64,000 nucleotides of DNA. Source: Nanobdellota archaeon. Its GTDB lineage: Archaea > Nanobdellota > Nanobdellia > Pacearchaeales > GW2011-AR1. The notes under the pieces are model-generated. The model was not told where the DNA came from. It worked only from the letters and a program-made list of their open reading frames with translations, and ran no database searches. Made by a program: the position numbers and the translations under genes. This document shows positions 56,965 through 64,000 of this stretch, in pieces. Each line of letters begins with the position of its first letter. Positions within the stretch are counted from its first letter, which is position 1. Where the stretch lies: assembly GCA_022561055.1 (NCBI GenBank), contig JADFRY010000001.1, forward strand, positions 57,025-121,024, read 5' to 3'.

Positions 56965-57924
56965 TTAATAACTAGGAAGGCACATTAATTCGCCGGTAAA
57001 ACAAGAAGTGCAAGTTTGTTTGCTTTCTTGATCTTCAATATATTCACAATAAGAAGAGTCTTTTTTTATTATTGCTAGATTTCTGTAACAATCTGCTGAT
57101 ATAATCCCTGTAGTTATTTGTTCACATAGTTCTGGGTTTTCAGTCTTTTTTGCTATGAATCCTACACATATTTCTTGACTTTCTTTATATTTTAGTTCTT
57201 TACATTCCTCTACATTGAGTTTTCTTTTTGCTGTTATCTCACTTCTTTGGACTCTTTCTAAGTCTAGGTAGCAGGCCATTTGATCGATCTCCGTATTATT
57301 ATGGCAGTAAGATGGTCCAGCTAAGAGTATACTTACTTTTTTTGTGCAAAATGTTTTTTCTCTTTCATTATTTATCTTATAACAAAGATCGATTTCATGA
57401 GACCTCAAGGCTACTAAGAGATAACAACCGTCTTTTCTACCAGTATATTCTATTAATTCACATATCTCTGGATCTTCTAAATGTCGTGCTATGTGTTGGT
57501 AGCATATTTCTTTTAATGCATAAGGGTCATGTTCTAGTCCATCTTCTATTTTGTTGCAAGCACGATAATCTCTTGTCTTTTTTCCTATTTCTTCATAACA
57601 GAGGGATTGAGAACCAATTTTAAGCTGTTCACATTTCTTTAGATCTTGAGAGTTGATAGCAGAGTATATTTTACAGAGCTCTATCGACCATTGATCTTCA
57701 GAAAAGCCTTCACACTCTTCGAAAGAAATTTGGAGATCCTCAGAATCTATTGTTTCTAGATAACAAATTTCTTTTTCTCCAAGAGGCAGGGAATTACATT
57801 CAGCTTCTAGGTATTCAGATGCCGAATTGCTTATACCTATATTGTTGCTGATTAGAAAGAAAGATGTTAATCCTATGGCTAACAATCCCACTAATACTAG
57901 GATAATTATTAGTATACCTTTCAT
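56965..57924 (-). CDS. membrane-anchored Cys-rich repeat protein
   Basis: Repeated C..I.....(K/R)..CY...A units after an N-terminal TM. Confidence 0.75.
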   Translation of the reverse strand: MKGILIIILVLVGLLAIGLTSFFLISNNIGISNSASEYLEAECNSLPLGEKEICYLETIDSEDLQISFEECEGFSEDQWSIELCKIYSAINSQDLKKCEQLKIGSQSLCYEEIGKKTRDYRACNKIEDGLEHDPYALKEICYQHIARHLEDPEICELIEYTGRKDGCYLLVALRSHEIDLCYKINNEREKTFCTKKVSILLAGPSYCHNNTEIDQMACYLDLERVQRSEITAKRKLNVEECKELKYKESQEICVGFIAKKTENPELCEQITTGIISADCYRNLAIIKKDSSYCEYIEDQESKQTCTSCFTGELMCLPSY

Positions 57925-57972
57925 TAGTTTGTTTTAGAGTGAGAGGTATTTAATAGTTGATAGTTGAGCTTT

Positions 57973-58332
57973 TTATTCTATCAAAACAGCATTCACGCAA
58001 CCTTCTCTCGAAGGGCGGTTTGTTATTGTTGCTTTGCCCATGGAAGTTTCAATTAGAACTCCCTTTATTAATCTATTTTGTCTGGCAAGGAATTTATTCT
58101 GGGGGGTTTCAAGAACTTTTTTTATTTCAGCTTTTTTCATGCCTTCAGAGGCAGCCACATTTACGATATTTGTGCTGAGTAAGATTGTTTTTTTTGTTCC
58201 CCCTTTAACTCTGATTGTTTTTCTTTTTAGTTCACCGAGTACGACTATCTTTTCTTGACTGGTTTTTTCATAAAACTTTTTCTTTCTATTTGCGTGATAT
58301 TTTCCGCCAGTAATTTTTCTTCCTTTATTCAT
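57973..58332 (-). CDS. rps8e: ribosomal protein eS8
   Basis: GRKITGGKY, RVKGG, TNRPSREGCVNAVL; ATG 58332. Confidence 0.95.
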   Translation of the reverse strand: MNKGRKITGGKYHANRKKKFYEKTSQEKIVVLGELKRKTIRVKGGTKKTILLSTNIVNVAASEGMKKAEIKKVLETPQNKFLARQNRLIKGVLIETSMGKATITNRPSREGCVNAVLIE

Positions 58333-58350
58333 TTTACAACCTTTCAAAAA

Positions 58351-58431
58351 CCTCAAGAATTTTTAATTCTTGGGGCCCAGAAAACTTATTAGTTTTCTAG
58401 GGGTTCTAGGAGTCCAAACGGATCCTTTACC
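58351..58431. mobile_element. non-autonomous hairpin insert in rps8e leader flanked by direct repeat
   Basis: TTTACAAYCTTTCAAAAA at 58333-58350 and 58432-58449; core matches 20067-20137. Confidence 0.72.
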
Positions 58432-58547
58432 TTTACAATCTTTCAAAAATTTGGTTTATATAGTTTTTGTTTTAATAAAATCTTTGTTAAGTTTGCATAA
58501 CAACAATCTACAACAATGTTTAAATACTCTAAATCTAAAAAGCACAT

Positions 58548-58784
58548 ATGGGAAATGGAATAGAGAGACCACTTGATCTTTTGAATGCGTCTAAAGGCAA
58601 GGAAGTTATTATTCAACTGAAGAACGATAAGCAATTCGTCGGTATTTTAAAGGCATTTGATATTCATATAAATGTTGTTCTGGATAATACAAAAGAGATG
58701 ATTAATGGAGAAGTAAAGAAAAGTTTTGGCCTGACATTTTTGAGAGGAGATACTATTATATTTATTTCTCCTTCTTCAACTTAA
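58548..58784 (+). CDS. Sm/Lsm protein
   Basis: RPLDLL, GILKAFDIHINVVL, LRGDTIIFISP. Confidence 0.95.
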   Translation: MGNGIERPLDLLNASKGKEVIIQLKNDKQFVGILKAFDIHINVVLDNTKEMINGEVKKSFGLTFLRGDTIIFISPSST

Positions 58785-58847
58785 TTAGAAAGTTAGAGCT
58801 TCGCAAGAAATCTGTTTGTTTTAGTCGACAATAAATTGGTATTTGTT

Positions 58848-59744
58848 TTAAACAATTATTTTATCAAAATCTTTTGCAACATGGGTGGCTTTGAAAACCT
58901 TTTTTGCTTCGTCTAGGATAAGTTTTGTGTTATGTTCATTTTTGTGAGAGAGGTGGGTAAGAATTAATTTTTTAACTTTTGCTTTTTTTGCGATTGTTGC
59001 TGCTTGTTTTGCTGTTAAGTGACAGTATTCCCTTGCTTTTTCTTCTTCTTTTGATGAGTAGCTTGATTCACATATTAAAATATCAGAATTTTTAGCTAGT
59101 TTTATAGAGTTGTTACTCATTGCGCTGTCTAAGACAAATGTTATTTTCTTTCCTTTTTGTAAATATGTCATGTTTTTAGCTTTGAGCTTTTTACCTTTGA
59201 AGGTTACATCTTTGCCTTGTTGCAGTTTTCCTAATAGCGGAGAACTTGGAAGTTTTAGTTTTTTTAGAATGTCTTTGCGTAAGCGTAATTTGTCTTTTAT
59301 TATTAAAGCGTATGCATTGGTTGGCATTTTGTGTGGCACAGGTTTTGTTTCAATTAGGAATTCTTTTTCATCTATTAGTATTCCAGAAGAAACTTCATGG
59401 ATTTCTGGGTTTATTCTAAATTTTCCATATATTTTTTCAAGTAACCTAATTTTTTCTTTTGTTCCTTTTGGACCATAGATATATAATGTTTTTGAGTAAT
59501 CAGACATATCCAGTGTTTTTAAAAGGCCTGGAATACCTAAGGCATGGTCTGCGTGCCAGTGGGTTAATAAAATTCTGGTTAGTTTGCAGGGATTTAGTTT
59601 TGCAATTTTGAATTGTCTTTGGGTTCCTTCACCGCAGTCAATTAATATGTTTTCAGCGCCATAGTTAATTAAAATTGCAGTATGATTTCTTTTAGCAGTT
59701 GGTATTGCACTTCCAGTTCCGAGGAAAGTTATTTCTATCTTCAT
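58848..59744 (-). CDS. rnz: ribonuclease Z
   Basis: LGTGS, DCGEGTQ, THWHADH, exosite arm, LTHLS. Confidence 0.93.
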   Translation of the reverse strand: MKIEITFLGTGSAIPTAKRNHTAILINYGAENILIDCGEGTQRQFKIAKLNPCKLTRILLTHWHADHALGIPGLLKTLDMSDYSKTLYIYGPKGTKEKIRLLEKIYGKFRINPEIHEVSSGILIDEKEFLIETKPVPHKMPTNAYALIIKDKLRLRKDILKKLKLPSSPLLGKLQQGKDVTFKGKKLKAKNMTYLQKGKKITFVLDSAMSNNSIKLAKNSDILICESSYSSKEEEKAREYCHLTAKQAATIAKKAKVKKLILTHLSHKNEHNTKLILDEAKKVFKATHVAKDFDKIIV

Positions 59745-59963
59745 GTTTTTTTATATGAAAGTTGTTTTATATAAGTTATTGTGAGTCTTATTAATCTAAA
59801 AAATAGATTTTTAGAATAAAGTAATTATTTTAGGTAATATTATAATATTTTATAAATCCATAGTATGAAAGAAGTTTATTATGTGTAGGAGGGTTTTATT
59901 ACTTGTTGGTTTATTGGGCTTGAATTAAGCAATCTTTATAAAATATAGTCTTTTTAATGTATC

Positions 59964-62567
59964 ATGCATAAAAAAAAGGTGATTCAGTTTTTTGTTTTAT
60001 TGTTTGTTTTTGCAGGTTTGTTAGCCATGACTCAATTTTCATATTTTGAGGGCATCGGTATTACTGGGTTTGCTATTTTTGAGGATTTTGGGAATAGTTT
60101 TAATAACGGCACCTTTGAGAACACAGTATATAATGGTTCTTCAGTGGTTTTATCTGGAAGTAATTTGAGTGGAAATTATACTAGTCAGGTTTTTGATGCT
60201 ACACAACTTGCGACTTGGAATAATATTAGTTTGGTTAGGAAGATTCCTAAATTTGATTATTTATATGTTTTTGATAATGATAAAGATGTATGGAGATCAT
60301 CTGACGATGGAACTAGTTGGGTTGAAATAAACAATAGTTATTTTTCTTTAGATATATATGGAATAACGTCAACTTCAGATGGGTTGTTTGTAATTAAAAA
60401 GGATGGGCAAGTTCATAAATCAACAGATTCTGGTGTTACATGGTCATTAGTAAACAGTGGAGATATAACTCAAGAGCCAAGAGGATTAACTTCTGACTCG
60501 AGTGATAATTTATATGTCGTTGCTAAATCTAAACAAATATATCAGTCGATAAATGCAGGAGCAAGTTGGACGTTAGTAAATAATTCTTATACGGTTACGA
60601 ATAATGCTAATCAGTATGGGATTGGAGAAGAATTAGTAAAAACTAATTTAACTTATCAATATAGGAATTGTTCTTTGGCTAATTGTGGCGGTGAAAGTTT
60701 TATCGGTCCCGACGGCACCGGAGATAGTTTTTTTACAGAGACGGTTAGGGACATTAGTTTGACAAGTCAGTATTTTCAGTATAAAGTTTATTTTAGTAGT
60801 GATTCCCCTGATGTTTCTCCTTATTTAGAAAGTGTGACTATTGATTATTCTTTATTGAGTTCTGGAAATGCAACTGTTCCGACAGTTAATATAGATTATC
60901 CTTCATATAGCTCAACATACGGTGATAATGAAAGCTTAACATTAAACTTTTCTGTTATTTCTGATAATTTGGATTCATGTTGGTATACTTTAAATAATGG
61001 TGAAACAAATGAAACAATAGTTAATTGTGAGAATACAACTTTTAGTGTTGCTGAAGATGGAGTTTATAATATTTCTGTTTATGCTAATGAAACTGTTTTA
61101 GGCTTAGAGGGTTCTGATAGTTTGCTATTTTATGTGAACATCGGAAAACCTAGTGTTCATCTTACGTCTCCCCAGCATAATTATTATATTAATGCAACAG
61201 AAGTTAATTTTATTTATATTCCGTCTTCTGGTGTGGCTTTAGATAGATGTAAGCTCTGGGGAGATTTTACTAGTAATTATTCTTTAAATCAAACAAATTC
61301 AAATGTTATTTCTGGAGAGCAAAGTTCTTTCATATTGAATTTAAGTGAAGGTACTTATTTATGGGCTATTTATTGCTCAGATAATATAAATTCAGCTATT
61401 ACTGGCAACAGGACTCTTATAGTAGATATTACTCCTCCTGTAGTTGATATTACTGAACCAACAGGCACATATTCTAGTTTTGACATACCTCTCGATTTCG
61501 ATGTTAATGATTCTAGCCCTGTCGGACCGTGTGTTTATAATATTAGTGCTTCAGGAAGCGGGGTTAGTATAGAGATTATTATAATTGATCCTCAATGTGA
61601 TGATGAGATTATTAGTGTAATAACTGTAGCGACTGATTATGATTTGACTTTGACAGCAGATGATTCAGCAGGAAATTCTGGTTCTGACCAAACTAGTTTT
61701 TCAGTTTCTGGCGGAGGTTCTAGCGGTGGAGGTTCTAGCAGTAGTGGAGGTTCTCCAGGTTTAACAGGTCCTGCAGAAATTAGTTTTTCTGAATTAGGGG
61801 AAATTAATATGAGAAGAGGGCAGAGTGAATTTATTGCACTAGAAGTTTTAAATTCAGGCTCTAGATTTTTAAATAATTGTAAGCTTTTGGCAGAAGGTAT
61901 TATGGAAAGTTGGGTTTCTAACAAGCAAGTTGAATCTTTGAGTTCAGGACAAAAAGTAGAATATATATTCAGTTTGAACGTGCCTGTTGATGTCGAGCCA
62001 GGAAAATATTCTTCTATTCTTACAGTTAGTTGTAATGAAGTTAGTGTTAGTACTTCCTTGAACGTAAATGTTATTGTAGGAGATTTTGATTTTGTTGTTT
62101 TGAGTTCTCAGAAAGAGGGAACTAAACTTATTGTTAGTTATAGTTTGGAAGAACTTTTTGGAAAAGATCAAGATATAACTTTGAGTTATAAATTAGTTAA
62201 CGCTAATGAATTTGTTTTACTTGAAGGAGAAGAAGTTATTTTTATTGAAGCAGGGAAGAAGAGTAATTTGAAACTTAGCTTTGAACTTCCAAAGAATGCA
62301 GTTGGAGAGCTAAAGTTAATTATGTCTGCTTCTAACGGGAGAGAGAATATTGTTATTGAGCAAGATGTTATTTTAGAGGCTGGAAGGGGTTTAGCTGGTT
62401 TCGTAATCTCGGAAGCTAATCGAAGGACGCTTTCTATTGCAGCCATTGCTATATTTGTTTTATTGTCTTTGTATTTTGTTTTGAAGTTTATTTATAAACA
62501 TCATGAAAGGATAACTAAGCATGGAGAGAGAGGAAGGCACTTTATTAAAATTAAATTGAAGGAGTAA
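59964..62567 (+). CDS. large surface protein with Asp-box (BNR) repeats and Ig-like domains
   Basis: SSDDGTSW, STDSGVTW, SINAGASW; Gly/Ser linker; N- and C-terminal TM. Confidence 0.8.
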   Translation: MHKKKVIQFFVLLFVFAGLLAMTQFSYFEGIGITGFAIFEDFGNSFNNGTFENTVYNGSSVVLSGSNLSGNYTSQVFDATQLATWNNISLVRKIPKFDYLYVFDNDKDVWRSSDDGTSWVEINNSYFSLDIYGITSTSDGLFVIKKDGQVHKSTDSGVTWSLVNSGDITQEPRGLTSDSSDNLYVVAKSKQIYQSINAGASWTLVNNSYTVTNNANQYGIGEELVKTNLTYQYRNCSLANCGGESFIGPDGTGDSFFTETVRDISLTSQYFQYKVYFSSDSPDVSPYLESVTIDYSLLSSGNATVPTVNIDYPSYSSTYGDNESLTLNFSVISDNLDSCWYTLNNGETNETIVNCENTTFSVAEDGVYNISVYANETVLGLEGSDSLLFYVNIGKPSVHLTSPQHNYYINATEVNFIYIPSSGVALDRCKLWGDFTSNYSLNQTNSNVISGEQSSFILNLSEGTYLWAIYCSDNINSAITGNRTLIVDITPPVVDITEPTGTYSSFDIPLDFDVNDSSPVGPCVYNISASGSGVSIEIIIIDPQCDDEIISVITVATDYDLTLTADDSAGNSGSDQTSFSVSGGGSSGGGSSSSGGSPGLTGPAEISFSELGEINMRRGQSEFIALEVLNSGSRFLNNCKLLAEGIMESWVSNKQVESLSSGQKVEYIFSLNVPVDVEPGKYSSILTVSCNEVSVSTSLNVNVIVGDFDFVVLSSQKEGTKLIVSYSLEELFGKDQDITLSYKLVNANEFVLLEGEEVIFIEAGKKSNLKLSFELPKNAVGELKLIMSASNGRENIVIEQDVILEAGRGLAGFVISEANRRTLSIAAIAIFVLLSLYFVLKFIYKHHERITKHGERGRHFIKIKLKE

Positions 62568-62600
62568 ATTTAAATAATGAGTTTATGTATTTTTTATTAT

Positions 62601-62699
62601 GCTCCCGTAGCTCAGTCTGGATAGAGCAACAGACTTCTAATATTGTGCTTTGTAAAGGGAGAAATCTGTGGGTCGCAGGTTCAAATCCTGTCGGGGGCA
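62601..62699 (+). tRNA. tRNA-Arg(TCT) with 24-nt intron (62640-62663)
   Basis: GCTCCCG/CGGGGGC acceptor; ACAGA-CTTCTA^A-TCTGT; central helix CTTC/GGAG. Confidence 0.92.
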
Positions 62700-62760
62700 T
62701 TTTTGTAGAAATATATATTCCTAAATCTTTAAAAGTCTTTAAGATGTTGATATATTTCAT

Positions 62761-62832
62761 GCGCGGGTAGCCAAGTGGTAAGGCAGGGGCCTGCAGAGCC
62801 TCGATGCGAGGGTTCGAATCCCTCTCCGCGCT
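62761..62832 (+). tRNA. tRNA-Cys(GCA)
   Basis: GCGCGGG/TCCGCGC acceptor; GGGGC-CTGCAGA-GCCTC; U73. Confidence 0.93.
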
Positions 62833-63005
62833 TTTTCTAGATTCGAACAGTTTGGGGGGTTTGAATCATCAGAGAATTGAAGATTCTCTGAGCCTCTTCG
62901 TGCTCTCTGGGCGCTTTGGAGTCCCTGTAAAATACCATATTTCTAAACAGGAAAATGCTCTAAAATAGAATATTAGAAAAAGTCCGTTTAATCTATTTAA
63001 TCGCT

Positions 63006-63980
63006 TTATTTTTTAGCAATAATAGCTGTATGTGGTCCTAGTAAAGGTAAAATTCTGATGTCTTTGAAGTTGCATTCTGTAAGCCACGCTTTAATTTCTT
63101 CCTCGGTGTATGAAGAACCTTTAGTTTCTAAAAACATTACTAGAGAAAACAATGCTGGAAAAACCGGACTTGTTTTATCTGAATTTAGTAAAAATTCATT
63201 AATTATAATTAAACCATCTTGTGGTAAGATGTCATAGATTTTCTTAAGCAATTCTTTACACTCTGTAACGCTATGTGAATGTAAAATTTGTGATAGCAGT
63301 ACAATATCAAAACCTTGCAGAAGTTCGTCTTCCAAATAATCACCAGACAGAGTATTAATTCTAGATTTATCTCCTAACTTTTGTATATATTCATTTGCCA
63401 CTTCACATACTTTTGGCAATTCGAGAATAGTTGCTTTTAGATTTTTGTTTTTGTTAGTGAGTATTATAGAATATGCTCCAGAACCACCACCAAGATCTAA
63501 TAAATTTTTATAACTTGATAAATCTAATTCTTCAGATAACACATTTGCCGGATCTAGTGCACTATTATGCATAGCTCTCGTAAAAATAGGATCTTCAAAA
63601 TTTACTCTTGTGTGCTCTAGCGGTTCACCCTTCAGTATGCTTTCCTTAAGATGATCCCAGTTCTTATCTAATTTGTCGCACAGGAGTATATAATCTCCAT
63701 AAAAACTAGGGCTTTCTTTTACCAACAATTTTTCAGATGAGGGAGTATTCTTATAAATCTCTCCTTCTTTTTCAAGAAAACCAAGAGCCACACAAGCGTT
63801 AAGCAGCCTCTCGATAGGTTTAATATTGGTATTCAATTCTTCTGCTATTTTTTGTACAGTATCTATCCCTTTTTGGATTTTTGCAAATATTTCTAATTCT
63901 ACTGCAACAACAAGAGTCTTTCTAGTCCATGTATTAGTAGTTATATTTAGTAACGAATCTTTTGACAATTCTTTAGACAT
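63006..63980 (-). CDS. O-methyltransferase (ASMT/HIOMT family with dimerisation domain)
   Basis: RLLNACVALG, LLDLGGGSG, GDY, SQILH. Confidence 0.9.
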   Translation of the reverse strand: MSKELSKDSLLNITTNTWTRKTLVVAVELEIFAKIQKGIDTVQKIAEELNTNIKPIERLLNACVALGFLEKEGEIYKNTPSSEKLLVKESPSFYGDYILLCDKLDKNWDHLKESILKGEPLEHTRVNFEDPIFTRAMHNSALDPANVLSEELDLSSYKNLLDLGGGSGAYSIILTNKNKNLKATILELPKVCEVANEYIQKLGDKSRINTLSGDYLEDELLQGFDIVLLSQILHSHSVTECKELLKKIYDILPQDGLIIINEFLLNSDKTSPVFPALFSLVMFLETKGSSYTEEEIKAWLTECNFKDIRILPLLGPHTAIIAKK

Positions 63981-64000
63981 GCTATTTAATATATCTCATT

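Noticed and set aside
58333-58576. TTG extension of rps8e and ORF 58370..58576
   Set aside because: Arise from the hairpin insert and promoter region; no supporting protein features.
1695-62446. Numerous antisense or nested ORFs in the track
   Set aside because: Shadows of well-supported genes with no motifs of their own.
22840-62770. Short ORFs over tRNAs (22840..23046, 5' part of 30563..30865, 40404..40610, 62551..62760, 62585..62770)
   Set aside because: They overlap clear tRNA genes.

Overview
AT-rich archaeal chromosomal segment. The core genes (TFB, RadA, aIF2-alpha, aEF-1beta, SRP54/FtsY, GINS, eS1/eS8/uS15/eS27/eL42, Bud32, RNase Z, Sm), intron-containing tRNAs, apparently leaderless TATA-driven genes and style of surface proteins point to a DPANN archaeon, most likely Pacearchaeota-like (inference). 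Main content: a complete type IV pilus-like locus (ATPase, TadC, ten class III signal-peptide genes, A24 peptidase); a second operon with an unlisted RHH-like regulator, a pilin-like gene and a 1791-aa Cys-rich protein; a tandem pair of surface glycoproteins with identical ends but unrelated middles; seven tRNAs (three with 37/38 introns); several small ORFs missed by the ORF track; and many single accessory genes wedged into conserved operons. The most unusual signal is non-coding. (i) A dispersed family of short multi-hairpin inserts (TCAAGAA...TTCTTG stems, often followed by a GTC(C)AAAC-like motif) sits between direct repeats duplicating gene ends: the aEF-1beta stop, the rps8e start, the rpl44e start (in frame), a tRNA-Leu 3' end and the loop of an IS200/IS605-like end hairpin. 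(ii) A second motif with a perfect G-quadruplex pattern occurs once intergenically and once inside an in-frame insertion in Bud32. No transposase, integrase, CRISPR array or rRNA is present. All calls come from manual reading; no searches were run.
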